From Octopus vulgaris (lineage: Eukaryota), in contig OX597826.1 in assembly GCA_951406725.2 (NCBI GenBank), positions 70,618,001 through 70,682,000 of the forward strand: 64,000 nucleotides of DNA, written 5' to 3'. The notes beneath the pieces are model-generated. The model was not told the DNA's origin and ran no database searches. It saw only the letters and a program-made list of their open reading frames with translations. The translations under genes and the position numbers were made by a program. Shown in pieces: positions 12,541 through 29,044 of the stretch (its first letter is position 1; the number at the start of each line of letters is the position of its first letter).

Positions 12541-12556
12541 TAATAATAATAATAAT

Positions 12557-13556
12557 GGTATAAAAGATGGGCTACAGCAAATATTCTGCTCATTACCACA
12601 GATTTGCCTGTCAGTTGCTTGACCTTAACCAGTTGAGCATGTCCCTTAGTGGCTGACGATATGTACATCTCTGATCACGAGCAGAAGTAGTGGGGGAGCA
12701 TCATAGCCATGTGTTGAGAGGGATTCTTTGGGGTTTGAATAATTCACCTCTGGAAACATGGGTGGTTCTTTCAACATCCTTAAACAACCCTTATTCAGGG
12801 ACCTTTTGAGCGGGATGGGCTACTCAACCTGAAGAAAATTCTAACTGGGCCCCACCTGCAAGGTCATGTGCTGTTTATCTTGATATGAGATCACCATGTC
12901 GCACACATATGGTTGTGATGCATGTGCCTGGTGTACCTTTATCAGACGGTAGTCATGATGGGTATATTGGGCTTCGTATATTTTACCCCAGTGTCACTTT
13001 GATGGCATGAACTGCTCTCTCGCTCAATAATAATAATAATAACTGCCCTGATGCAGTACCAGGCAGTGGCTCTCATGGCTTCTGATCTTAACTGATTGGA
13101 AGTGTTATCATCTACATTGTTTTGTCTTGGTATAAAAGATGGTCTACAGCAAATACTCTGCTCAATACCACAGATTTGCTTGTCAGTTGTTTGACCTTAA
13201 CCAGTTGAGCATGTCCCTTAGTGACTGACGATACGTGCAACTCTGATCACGAGCAGAAGTAGTGGGGGAGCATCATAGCCATGTGTTGAGAGGGATTCTT
13301 TGGGGTTTGAATGATTCACCTCTGGAAACATGGGTGTTTCATTCAACATCCTTAAACAACCCTTATTCAGGGACCTTTTGAGCGGGATGGGCTACTCGAC
13401 CAGAAGAAAATTCTAACTGGGCCCCACCTGCAAGGTCATGTGCTGTTTATCTTGATATGAGATCACCATGTCGCACACATATGGTTATGATGCATGTGCC
13501 TAGTGTACCCTTATCAGACGGGTAGTCATGATGAGTATACTGGGCTTCGTATATTT
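12557..13556 (+). repeat. Two tandem copies of an unclassified element of about 550 bp bounded by (AAT)n
   Basis: 12557-13025 and 13043-13556 are highly similar over about 430 bp; AAT tracts lie before and between them. Confidence 0.9.
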
Positions 13557-14415
13557 AGATAACTAAGTTATATTTAGATAACTTAGATATGTTTCGACCA
13601 AAGGTTGGTCCAGGCCATGTCTATCTTAATATCACCACCTGATAGGATTAGTATACAAAGGTTAAAAAACAAAAGTGGCGGGGAGGATGATAGAGATGTG
13701 GTCCTCCTGATACAGGAAGGTCTCTAGGGATAATCGAGGAACCTCACTGTCAGAGATTTGCTTGAAACCCCAGGAGCAAGTGTCCTCTCCAATTCCTTCT
13801 CTCCAACTCACAGGTCTACACTTAGAGAGGTACCATCCACACTTGCCATTGTCGCAACTTTCCCCCCACCTTTCACTAAACTCACTCGTGGACAGCACTT
13901 CCCTCGCCATACATACACATACACACATACACACGCATGTACACACATACACACATACACACACGCGCGCGCGCGGGGACTGACTATCAAAGACGGATGA
14001 AGACCACCACACGGCTGGCCTACCATTTAATTTTTACGCATGTTTCTAATAGTATATTGTTAAATTTTTGAAGAAAAATAAGTCTCTAACCGCAACTTTT
14101 TTTTTTAAAAACCATTATGAGAATTGAAAGAAATGTCATGTAACGGAAATACCGTCGGCAATTGTTAGGCTAAGGGTGGATTTCAAGAATTCAAGTGAAT
14201 GCAAAGCATTATGGGTATCGGTAGTGAGTTACGAAATTCTTTGATTTCAAATATTCCTATGACGTCATTGCACTTCTTCAAAAGATGCGAAATATCAAAG
14301 AGATATCTTAGAGAAATGCCAACGCAATCTCGTCCTTTCCACTTCCTTTTGAAATTACATCCAGGAAGATAGAAATCAATCTACATGTTGCTGAATGAAA
14401 GAATATAGCAGCGGC

Positions 14416-14454
14416 AGTAGTTGTAGTGGTAGTAGTAGTAGTAGTAGTAGTAGT

Positions 14455-14501
<47 letters not shown>

Positions 14502-14554
14502 CAGCAGCAGTAGTAGTAGTAGTAGTAGCAGTTGTAGTAGTAGTAGTAGTAGTA

Positions 14555-14585
<31 letters not shown>

Positions 14586-14649
14586 CAGTAGTAGTAGTAG
14601 TAGTAGCAGCAGCAGCAGTAGTAGTAGTAGTAGTAGTAGTAGCAGCAGC

Positions 14650-14681
<32 letters not shown>

Positions 14682-14697
14682 CAGCAGTAGTAGTAGC

Positions 14698-14753
<56 letters not shown>

Positions 14754-15099
14754 ATATCATTGTTATGGTGGTGCTGGTGATTACGCATGTCGATGGAGAC
14801 GGTGATGGTAGCAGTAAGGAAAGTACTGGTGATGACGGCGATGGTGGTGATGATAGCAATGAGGACGATAGTAATATTATGGTGGTGGCGGTGGAGGCAG
14901 TGGTGGTCATGAAGAATTTCATGATGGCGATCAAAGACGATGACATTTGATGATGACGATGGTGATGACGACGACGACGATGATGTCGATGATGATGATG
15001 ATGACGATGACGATGATGACGATGATGACGATGAAGATGATGCTGATAATAATGATGATGATGATAATGATGATGATGGTGATGATGATGACGATGATA

Positions 15100-15136
<37 letters not shown>

Positions 15137-15207
15137 CGATGACGGCAATGATGATGACGGTAATGATGATGATGATGACGATGATGATGACGGTAATGAT
15201 GATGATA

Positions 15208-15277
<70 letters not shown>

Positions 15278-15444
15278 CGATGATGTTGACACCGTCGATG
15301 ATGGTGCCGCCGTCGACGACGACAAAGGCGACAGTGATGATGATGACGATGGTAATGACATAACGGTTGAAAATGAAAGTGAATGGTATTAACCATCAGC
15401 GCTTCATCTACTATTATAACTATTGCTGCTGTTACCACTACTTG

Positions 15445-15499
<55 letters not shown>

Positions 15500-15500
15500 G
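14416..15500. repeat. Compound (AGT/AGC)n, (GAT/GAC)n and (ACT)n microsatellite block
   Basis: Direct reading. Confidence 0.95.
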
Positions 15501-15596
15501 CTACAAAAAATGCAAATTTCATACATATATGTCTATATATACTATCACACTTACTTACTAAAGTGACAATTACGCCCACGACAACAGAGGAAGCTG

Positions 15597-16370
<774 letters not shown>

Positions 16371-16619
16371 ATCGTATAAGAATAAAATAACAATACATAT
16401 AAATCGAGAGTAATTCTCGTCTCTACGTCGGATTAAGACGAAATATGTTGCTTTTTAGAACAATCAAGAAAAGCTGTGTTTAAATCTCGACTGAAAAGTA
16501 TGACGTCTCTGATGACGTAAGTGGGGGAAACTGGTTTATTCATTCAGTAAAGGAAAAAATATCATACATCCTGTGATGATTGTTGTTGTACAGGCCTAGG
16601 TTATCCCTGCAAATGCAGG

Positions 16620-17017
16620 CTATATTTATATATAAAAGTGAAGTTGTGTGTCTGTCTCCTACGATTTAGATTCCTAACTACTCCCACATTTTGCGGTGCA
16701 GTTTAACCAAAAGCGGGTATCTTACAGTCGTGATTCATACCGAGCCCTTCTGGGTATTAGCGCGCGTCTACGATGAGTCTACGATTTAAAAAAAAATTTA
16801 CCATAATTTTTTTCCATTTTAATGCATTTTTTTGCTATTATATAAGGGAAGTAACTCTCTAAAAATGTATTATTAAATCTCAGAACGTAAAAAGCTACAG
16901 TAACACCCCCCTTTTGTGGTTAGCCATATTGAGATGGCTATTATACTTTACATCTCTAAAAATGCTTGTATAGCTATTTCCCTTACAAACCCGAGCAACG
17001 CCGGGCGATACTGCTAG
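16620..17017 (+). mobile_element. Non-autonomous Helitron-like element
   Basis: TATATATAAAAG followed by a TG/TCTG tract at the 5' end; CCCGAGCAACGCCGGG hairpin and CTAG|T at the 3' end. Confidence 0.7.
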
Positions 17018-17293
17018 TTGTACACAAGGAAATCAGTCGAAGAAAAAGGCAGATGCTGCAGAGCTGCTGTATCGTGTCCCTTTTTAAGTGAGGTCAATAC
17101 TACGCAATTAAGCTTGTAATGAGGAATTGTATGGAGTTCGATGACACAGCAGAACCATTCCTCTTTCTTTTACTTTCTTCTTAATGGTTCACTCATTGGA
17201 ATGCAGTCATGCTGAGTCGGCAGTTCAAAGAGTTTAGGCGAAACAAATCGACTCCAGTAACTTATTCTTTTTTAAAGTTGTGGTACTAATTCT

Positions 17294-17528
17294 TATTTCT
17301 TTATTGCCCACAAGGAGCTAAACATAGAGGGGACAAACAAGGACAGACAAACGGATTAAGTCGATCATATCGACCCCAGTGCGTAACTGGTATTTATTAA
17401 ATCGACCCCGAAAGGATGAAAGGCAAAGTTGATCTCGGCGGAATTTGAACTCAGAACGTAACGGCAGACGAAATACCACTAGGTATTTCACCCGGCGTGC
17501 TAACGTTTTTGCCATCTCGCCGCCTTAA
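17294..17528 (-). mobile_element. SINE family A inserted into an old family B copy (about 17180-17840)
   Basis: 16-bp TSD TTGTGGTACTAATTCT at 17278-17293 and 17529-17544. Confidence 0.9.
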
Positions 17529-18489
17529 TTGTGGTACTAATTCTATCAGTTTCTTTTCGCCGAACTGCTAAGTTACGGGGACGTAAACAAACCAGCACTA
17601 ATAATCAAGTGGTGGGGGATAAACGCGGACATACAAAAGCATACATATATACATACATACACGATATATATGTATATATATACACGCGATACACACACAC
17701 ATACGATACACAGTTTGCGTTTACCAGAGTCACTCACATTGAATTGGTCGGTTAGAGACTATAATAGAAAATGCTTGCCAAGGGTGCCACAGAGTGGAAC
17801 TGAGCCCGAAACCACAAGGTTGCAAAGCGAGTTTCTTAACTATACCGCCATCCCTGCACCGTTATTTTCTGATCTATTTCTGTTCACATGTTACTTTTCT
17901 CGGGTTGAGAAAACCTATAATAAGTGTTATTCCAGCTAAAACATGTCGCTATCATGGGTCAGCGTATTATTTCAGTGTCCGCAGCGGAGTCAAAAGATGC
18001 CAACTTAGCCAAGACGCGACAAGTGCTACTAAACTGTTCCATAGCATTTCGTGTATACTTTAAAAGATGACGGTGAGTATATCTTGTTTAAGACAGTGAA
18101 GAATATTTCATGTTTCTACATCCGAAGGAATGCGTATGTTACATATATCTTTCTTTAAAAGTATTGACCTTCAGGCCGGGTAGTTTCTTGTGAAATGGAT
18201 GTAAGAACTTTGCTGATGACGATGGCGTTTAAAACTGTATGGTATGACGTGTGAAAGGGTTTTTGTTATTGAAGTCATTAAGTATCCTCTGTGTTAAGTT
18301 CGTGAGTAGAGTAGTGCAGTGGTTTGAACCCGTGATGTGATCTGGATAGGGCAATGTGTGGGTTAGTGATGTAAATGACGGGAACATTTGAAGTTGTGTG
18401 TAAAGGGGTGATGAGTCTGTTTGATGTTACTTCACTTGAGATTTTGGAATTACGCGTGTGTGTACGTACTTCTGCACTTATTTGCATTC

Positions 18490-18665
18490 TTTTATTCTTT
18501 TCCTTGTTTCAGTCATTTGACTGCGACCACGCTGGAGCATAACCTTAAAGGATGTTAGTGGAAAAAATCGACCCCAGGACTTATTCTTTGTAAGCCCAGT
18601 GCATATTCTATTGGTTTCTTTTGCCGAACCGCTAAGTTACCAGGGACGTAAACACACCAGAATCG
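18490..18665 (-). mobile_element. SINE family B, tail half
   Basis: Matches the family B 3' region. Confidence 0.8.
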
Positions 18666-19266
18666 GATCTATATTAACTTCATTTATAGGGGTGAAGGGT
18701 ACACCTCGATCATCTCTATGTTTACTTTATTTATTGTTCTAGTTTTATTTATTTAATTTTATCCCTAATCATATTCTAATCAATCTGTAAACCCTTCACC
18801 CGAGCATATAATAATACAAATTATAAATCGTAATATTTAGTCTGCCGAAATGTATTGGTAGGTCCACGTATAACATCTCAAGGTACATCTATTTTCTCTG
18901 ATGAAAATATGCTCCTCACGTGACATAAATGTAAATTTAATGTACTAATTTGTAATTGAATTATTGAGTATTAATTGAAACGGCTGTAACAAGTTAAGAT
19001 GACCAATTTGTTAATAATAAATAATTAACTTCCTTATCTCCATTTTCTTTTCTTCTTCTAACTGGATATAAACTATATGCTTAATATATACACACCGGTG
19101 TTGAAGTGGCTACGAATATTGCTTGTTAGTACACTGCATTGATCTGTTAGAGAGAATTTAGAACTAGCATTTTTGCTTTGGTATACACACACACATACAC
19201 ACACACACACACTCACACACACACATATATATATATACATATATACATTTTTCTTTATATGTAGGT

Positions 19267-19622
19267 ATATACAACTAAATATATTCAGAAAATAAACACA
19301 TACGCAGAAGCATATATATATTTATACACAAAAATAAACTTACATAGAGCTTGAAAATACAGACTACTAAGGAAAGAGTGCATTGTTTTATATCCATCCA
19401 TGATATTTTTAACATACCATCTGTTAATTATGAACATACCGATTATTACAAAATTCCGTGTTTCCAGAAACAGCTGTCGAGTTAACGGAAAACTTAGCCT
19501 TCTCTCCTTAGTATTCTGTATATTTTAAGCTGTCTGTAAATTTATTTATCTATGTTTGTATATAAATATCTACATGCTTGTGCATTTGTGTTTATTTTCT
19601 GAACATATTTAGTTATATGTAT
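19267..19622. repeat. Inverted repeat with arms of about 115 bp, probable Penelope-like inverted terminal repeat
   Basis: 19267-19378 pairs with 19502-19622; the spacer contains GAAAC-AGCT-GTC, a hammerhead-like 3' half. Confidence 0.7.
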
Positions 19623-20382
19623 CCATATATATTTGTGAACGTATATATGTATATTTATATAGAGAAAGCCTAATAATATATACGTTATTATTTATGCAAA
19701 AGGTGTTCTTCTTTATAATCCAAGTGTCTTATGTATAAGGATAGCGAACTACAGCTACCAAACTGTATTCTAATCGAAATAATCCAAACGAAGATTAAAA
19801 AAACGAGGTACCTTCTGACGAAACACGTCTCTACATATGGATGCATCACCACTATTTGTACAACATCTCACTTGTGAGGCACCGGTTCACGATAGGTCGA
19901 AACGATCGTAGTTTCATGAAATTACATTATATACCACATAACCTCCCCAAACTAGAAACCATTAATTATGTATCATCTTAGCATAATATAATTACCGATG
20001 TAAACAATCAATCAAAATCAATATATGTAATGAATATAAACCATAAACCTTCATAAAATGTTTATCCTCACGGGAATGAAGGACAAACCAGAATAACGAA
20101 GAAAACCTGATTATAGAAAGTATTTAGTGTAATTTATTCACTTAAAAACCTATAAATATTGAAAACAAAAAGTGACTAATACAAACAAATCGTATCGAAG
20201 ATATTCCTAATTTAAAACTACTAAATTCTATGTGCCGTAAAGGAATGAGCTAAAGTACACACGTACATCTTACGTCTTAATCCCATCTCTGGCAGCAACC
20301 AAAAAAGCAGTTAACGTACAAAAGTCGGAAGTCCATACCGACTTCCTAACGGAAATGACATTGCACCCAATAATATAAATCA

Positions 20383-20725
20383 TCTCTCTATATATAAGCG
20401 GCAAAATGTCTGTCTGTGTGTGTGTGTCCTTTAGGCTCGCACTTTCTATGGTCATTTAAAACCGTCCAAGGGTGGTCGTGCACATCTTTACATTTCCCCG
20501 GTCACCCCGCAAAGTCATTAAAAAATCAATAGAAGTGACATTTTTGTGAATTTTCTATCCAAAACCCAATCAAAATACCCGAAACTTGATAGGCCAATTG
20601 AATGCCAGCTAGCTGTGTGTGATTGGTCGGAGATTTGGACAGTACTCACGTCTATGTGCACACGTACGCAGCTGTATATGCATGCACTAGCACTATGACT
20701 CGGCAACGCCGGGTCATAGTGCTAG
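20383..20725 (+). mobile_element. Non-autonomous Helitron-like element
   Basis: A|TC start, CTAG|T end and a terminal hairpin at 20687-20725. Confidence 0.8.
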
Positions 20726-20734
20726 TTCTTTTTA

Positions 20735-21003
20735 ATCTTTTACTGTAGCTTTGTTTTAGTCCATATACTGTGACCATACTGGGGCACCGCATGGAAGTAA
20801 TTTTAGTCGAATTTTAGCCAATCGGTCTCTTTTGACGAGCAACTAATTTACGGGGATGTAAATACACCAACACTGGTTGTCAAGCGGTGATGGAATTGCA
20901 AACACACGCGCACGGGCGCACAAACACACATGCATATACACACACATGTATGTTTGTATGTATATGAGTGGATTTGGCAGACGGAAACTGAAAGAAGCCA
21001 GTC

Positions 21004-21071
<68 letters not shown>

Positions 21072-21470
21072 GTGTCTGTACGTGTGTGTCTTTTTGTTTG
21101 TGTTTGGTCCTCCCCCCCACCATCGTATAACAACCGATATTAGTGTGTTTACGTCTTTGTGGTTTAGCGGTAGCGGTTCAGCAAAAGAGACCAATAGAAT
21201 TAGTACAAGGCTTACAAAGAATAAGTCCTGGGATGATTACTTCGATTAAAGCCCCCCCCCCCCTTAGTGTGGTGCTCCAGCATGGCCGCAGTCAAATGAC
21301 TGACTCAAGCAAAAGAATAATAGAATACGACGGGTTTCTTTCAGCTTCTGTCGACCAAATCCATTTATGCTATAGCAGAAGACACTTGCCCAAGGTGCAA
21401 CGCAGTGGGATTGAACACGGAACCATGTGGTTGGGAAGCAAGCTTCTTACCACACAACCATGCCTGCGCC
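20735..21470. mobile_element. Nested family B SINEs: a minus copy interrupted by a 5'-truncated plus copy (about 20965-21322)
   Basis: Segment order is tail(-), body and tail(+), head(-). Confidence 0.75.
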
Positions 21471-22212
21471 TGCACACGGACAGTCAACTAATAAACTACA
21501 AAATAACGACTTAATCCTTCGCCTTTAAACTAATCCCTCCTTAGTTTTGATTGAAACTAATCCCTCCTGAGAATTTTACTCAATTAAAAATTAGAGATCA
21601 CTCCATATTTTCTCAAGATTTCCCGTTATTTCCCCAAGCAATAGTTAAAAAATTCTAACTAATGTAACCTTTTTCCATATAACTTTTTCCTTCTATCCAA
21701 AAAATTCCAATCACATTTTTAATTCTACCGCATCTAATTACATGACGGAAAATACGTTGTAACCTATCCCAACAGGAATTCTAAATTGCATCCAGAGTAA
21801 AGATGTAATGCTAAAAATAAAAGTATCAGTTTTATTAGGAATTTTTGTCACAGACTTTTTATTTACGCTGCGCACCTTAACATCCAAATAGTTAACCTCG
21901 TTCATTGTGTAACTATTTCTAGTCGCTTCGAGATTTTTCGGATATATTTTCCCTATTCAAAATAATTGTAGCCAGGAAAGAAAATATCGATATATTTTCT
22001 TTCACCATTCACTGAGTTGTTTGACTAAAAAACCTATCTTAAAGTTCATCTAGAGGTTCTTTAAAATCGAAAAGTAACATCGAATCAGATAACTCCAATG
22101 GGATCAGTAAACCGAATTTTTTTTCATGATATAGTCAATACATGTGTATGCAGTGCACTCCTTTGGATATCTTCTGTTAGCCATTTTGCTCTCTATGGCC
22201 AACGGATGTTCA

Positions 22213-22307
<95 letters not shown>

Positions 22308-22540
22308 TATATATACATACAAACATAAATATATATGTATGAATGTGTATATATATATATATATAGAATATAAATTAGAGATAAAACCACTATTATGCAA
22401 CTCAAACAGTGATAGACAAAAACCAAAACATAAATAACAAATAAAAATATTTTTATAAGACATACAACTAGATCTCAAAATGTATAAAAATGAATAACCA
22501 ATATATAAGAAGTAAAAAAACATGAAATAATATATATATA

Positions 22541-22676
22541 TACGACGGGCTTCTTTCAGTTTCCGTCTACCAAATCCATTTAAAAGGCTTTGGTCGGCAC
22601 GACGCTATAGTAGAAGACACTTGTTCAAGGTGCCACGCAATGGGAATGAACCCAGATCTATGTGGTTGGTAAGCAA
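22541..22676 (-). mobile_element. SINE family B head fragment
   Basis: Matches the family B head. Confidence 0.8.
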
Positions 22677-23044
22677 GGGGTAAAAATTATTAAAATATTA
22701 ATTGATACCAGTGGTTAGAATGCATAAAAAAAGTCGGTAGGCATAAATGTTTTTATGATATATATATGAGTGTATAAAATTTTTGAAACAAAATTAGGCT
22801 TTGACACTGCAGCTTGGCATGGAGGAAAGTAATTTCTAGCTTAAAGCAACGCCTCCTGCAGTCTCCAGAAGGCGCCCTGAGATGATTATGGTGTTATTGC
22901 AATATCTTGTTCAAAGCGAGAATTTTAACTTCACAGCACACTGTAATGAAAGAAATCAATTACGTGTACAAATACGCCCCAAACATATTTGGACTGATCT
23001 AAAGTTTAGGCTTATGTAATGTATTGTATTGTACTGTATTGTAT

Positions 23045-25110
<2,066 letters not shown>

Positions 25111-25579
25111 ATCATTTAATGACATTTTGTAGTGAATTTAGCCTCCAATTTTGTTATTAAAACTTTCCCCTAACGGCCTTACACACCAACTTGTTTGGCT
25201 CGCTTGTTCACTGAGATCCTTATCAGACTTATTTCACAACCAAAGAGTCATGTGTACTATTGTACTAGCATTATGATTGTATTAATGCTATGAGGTTTTG
25301 TTTCGCCACCCCATCTTCTGTGTTCAAATCCCGCCGAGATCTATTCTGCCTTTCATTCTCTCGGCGTCCATGAATATAATACAAAGGATCGATGATATCG
25401 ACCAATTCTTTTGATCCAGTTTCTGGCCTTGCGCTGAAAGCACAAATTATACATGATGTCGGCTTGGCAGTATCGTTAAAACGTCGGACAAAATGCATAG
25501 TAGTGTTTCTTGTGCCTTATTTCGTTCTGTGTTCAAATCCTGCCAAGGTCAACTTTGCGTTAAAAGTTTTTCGGGGGTT

Positions 25580-25801
25580 ACTCTTTCACTTGTTTCAGTC
25601 ATTTGACTGTGGCCATGCTGGAGCACCACCTTTTAGTCAAACAAATCGACCCCAGGACTTATTCTTTGCAAGCCTAGTGCTTATTCTATCGGTCTCTTTT
25701 GCCGAACCGCTAAGTTACAGGGACGTAAACACACCAGCATCGGTTTTCAAGCGATGTTGGGGGGACAAACACAGACACACAAACATATATACACACACAC
25801 A

Positions 25802-25855
<54 letters not shown>

Positions 25856-25985
25856 TACGACAGGCTTCTTTCAGTTTCTGTCAACCAAATCCACTCCTAA
25901 GGCTTTGGTCGGCCCGAGGCTATAGTAGAAGACACTTGCCCAAGGTGCCATGCAGTGGGAATGAACCCAGAACCATGTGGCTGGT
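25580..25985 (-). mobile_element. SINE family B, flanked by older family A fragments (about 25455-25580 and 26080-26230)
   Basis: Matches family B. Confidence 0.88.
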
Positions 25986-26231
25986 TGATAAAATTAAGTA
26001 CCAGTTAAGTACTGGGGATGACTAAAATTGGTGGCGTTGTGTCAGAATTGGAAACCATAAAAAATACAGTGAGATGACAGATTCGGTGGACATCGCATAT
26101 AGTACTTAGTGGTATTTCTTTTGACTTCTTTCTTTCTCGGTTAAAATTCCGCCGAGGTCAACTTCACTTTGTATCCCTTCGGGGGTCGATAAAATAAAGT
26201 GTCATTTAAATACTGCGATCGATGTAATCGA

Positions 26232-26269
<38 letters not shown>

Positions 26270-26278
26270 TTGCTTAAT

Positions 26279-26430
26279 AAAGGGGCCGGCTGAAAAGTTC
26301 ATAGGCTGACCAAGATAGTCTTATGGAATGTGACTAAATGAGGTTTATTTTTCAACATTGTCCTCCTTGTGATCCACAAACAACTTCCATCGGTGTTGTG
26401 GTGTTTGCATCCCATTGGTGAAGAAGCTTT
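26279..26430 (-). mobile_element. mariner 3' end fragment
   Basis: GCTGAAAAGTTC TIR-like start, as at 33441; a minus frame reads FFTNGMQTPQHRWKLFVDHKEDNVEK*, a mariner-type C-terminus. Confidence 0.6.
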
Positions 26431-26431
26431 T

Positions 26432-26510
26432 ACCTAGGTGTTTTCGCTTAATAAACACCCACAACGCCCGGTCTGGGAATCGAAACCGCGATCCTCCGAC
26501 CGCGAGTTCG
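26432..26510 (-). mobile_element. SINE family C head fragment
   Basis: Near-identical to 59748-59820. Confidence 0.8.
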
Positions 26511-26951
26511 CTGCTGCTGTTGCTGTTGTCGTTGACGTCGTTCTTGTTAATGTCAGTATCACTACCGATTTTAATATTAGCACTACTGGAAATGTTCTAA
26601 TTGTTTTGTCTCCTGATATTATTTTCGATAACTGTCGAAATGTCTTCATGTAACTCTTAACATTACTTAATATTTTAAATTGTACTTCTGGTTTTTTTTC
26701 CTCAGAATCTTAAATTATTCTTTTTTCCTTGCGAACATGTCTTTCACCTTCTTCAATACTGCTATCACTTCTAACTTGGCTCTTACTGCTGCTACAGATG
26801 TAGTCGTGTTTACAGAATATTTCAAATGCATAACCACTAACAAAAAAAGATCAAAGTTGAAATAAAACAATTCTTTCTCCCCCAGAAATGTAGCAGAATT
26901 AAATTTTGAGATCTCACCTCGTTCAACAAACAGACCACACAAAAACTGAAA

Positions 26952-26966
26952 ACACACACACACACG

Positions 26967-27008
<42 letters not shown>

Positions 27009-27214
27009 TACACACACACACATACACACACACATACACACACACACATACACACACACATACACACACACACACACTCTCACACACACACACACATACA
27101 CACACACACACACACACATACACACACACACACATACACACACATACACACACACACATACACACACACATACACACACACACATACACACACACACACG
27201 TACGCACGCACACA

Positions 27215-27307
<93 letters not shown>
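26952..27307. repeat. (CA)n microsatellite
   Basis: Direct reading. Confidence 0.97.
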
Positions 27308-27310
<3 letters not shown>

Positions 27311-27399
27311 TCAGACGGTAATTCAATTTTTGAAACACGAAACCGACAGACAAGTTATGAACACGACCGACTGATTGTACATTTAATAATAATTTTATC

Positions 27400-27594
27400 C
27401 AATTTCGGCGCAAGGTTAGCCATTTTGAGAGAAGGAGTAAGTCAAATTACATCGACCGCATTGCTTGAATAGAACTTAAGGCTGAGAGGCAAAGTTGACC
27501 TCGGCGGAATTCCAACTCAGAATTTAATAAATCGGAAGAAATGCCGCTAAGCATTTTGTCCGGCGTATTAACGATTCTGCCAACTCGCTGTCTT

Positions 27595-27595
<1 letters not shown>
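27400..27595 (-). mobile_element. SINE family A, diverged copy
   Basis: GGCAAAGTTGACCTCGGCGGAATT...GCTAAGCATTTTGTCCGGCG. Confidence 0.75.
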
Positions 27596-27652
<57 letters not shown>

Positions 27653-27653
27653 T

Positions 27654-27857
27654 TACTCGTTTACTTGTTTCAGTCATTTGATTGTGGCCATGCTGGAGCA
27701 CCGCCTTTTAGTCGAGCAAATCGACCCCGGGACTTATTCTTTGTAAGCCTAGTACTTATTCTATCGGTCTCTTTTGCTGAACCGCTAAGTTACGGGAACG
27801 TAAACACACCAGCATCGGTTGTCAAGCGATGTTGGGGGGACAAACACAGACACACAA

Positions 27858-27906
<49 letters not shown>

Positions 27907-28089
27907 CATATATACATATATATATATATATACATATATACGACGGGCTTCTTTCAGTTTCCGCCTACCAAATCCACTTACAAGGCTTTGGTCGGCCCGA
28001 AGCTATAGTAGAAGACACTTGCACAAGGTGCCACGTAGTGGGACTGAACCTGGAACCATATGGTTCGAAAGCAAGCCACTTACCACACA
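27654..28089 (-). mobile_element. SINE family B
   Basis: Matches family B. Confidence 0.9.
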
Positions 28090-28091
28090 CC

Positions 28092-28164
<73 letters not shown>

Positions 28165-28179
28165 AAGAAGAAGATGGTT

Positions 28180-29044
28180 TTGCTGCTTATAGTGTTGGTT
28201 GAGGTCTTTGCCCCAACGCAGGCAGCAGTGGAGATCTTCGACTCCTTAGACCTTTCATTAGTTCAGAGCAGAAGACTCGCAAATGGGTTGTTTCTCCACA
28301 AACGAGACAGTGTGGCTTTTCCCCCTCTGTTATTATGTGTATTGCCGTCCCGTTTTGGAGACGGATGTAGTCCGAGATTCTTTTTTATGTTTTCAGGCTG
28401 CTTTCTTCGTCTCTGCATCTGAAATGTACTGTTCTCTCTACTGCTTAGATCGTTTCTGTCGGGATGGTTAGGTTGGCCCAGGTTTGCTCGTGTTTCACGA
28501 GTTTCCAGGCTTCGGCCAACTTTTCATCCTTGTGAGGTCTAGGCTGAATTGTGGTCTCATCTTGGCTGCAGCCACTGCGAAAGTGTTCTTGTTGTTGTTG
28601 GAAATATTGGTATCGTTGTTGTTGTTTTTGCTGTTGCTGCTACTGCTCATGCTCTTCTTGTAATTGTTTTGGTTGGTGTTGTTGGTATTGTTGATACCTT
28701 TGCTATTGTTGTCGTTGCCATCGCTGCTGCTGCTGACGTTGCTGTCTCGCGTATTGTTGATGTTGCTACCACCACTACTACTACTGCTGGCAGTGGTGGT
28801 AGCGGTGGAGATGGTAGTGTTTTCGCTTATGATGTTGGTGTTTGTAATTTTCACTTGTTTCTGCGGTGGTAAAGAGGAGGAGAGAAGCAAGGGGAATTCA
28901 TTTTCATACGTTCCACTTGTGCTATTGTGTTGTTGTTGTTGTTGTTGTTGTTGTACAGTAGTCACTGTCTTGTTCAACTTGGCTGTTCTGTCTTGCGGAT
29001 AATCCGCTGTTCTTTTCAGCGGTCGGACGGTTTTCGTTCGCCAT
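28180..29044 (-). mobile_element. Decayed ORF1 (gag-like) of a Tx1/L1-type LINE
   Basis: A minus frame reads ISDYIRLQNGTAIHIITEGEKPH-CLVCGETTHLRVFC, a CX2CX4HX4C knuckle at 28268-28309. A candidate start AAGATGGCG lies at 29044; in-frame stops are present. Confidence 0.65.

Noticed and set aside
13590-14030. Possible additional Penelope 3' fragment
   Set aside because: Similarity is too weak to support by eye.
14308-15579. 423-aa His/Thr/Val-rich ORF and overlapping ORFs
   Set aside because: They are translations of trinucleotide repeats that are open in several frames.
16505-16540. CTGATGA...GAAAC hammerhead-like spacing
   Set aside because: Stems I, II and III cannot be formed.
22780-22960. 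Possible minus-strand exon after a good acceptor (TTTCTTTCATTACAG)
   Set aside because: All three frames stop within about 45 nt and there is no clear donor.
25392-25925. Recurrent peptides such as [29 protein letters not shown]
   Set aside because: They are translations of SINE family B, not a protein family.
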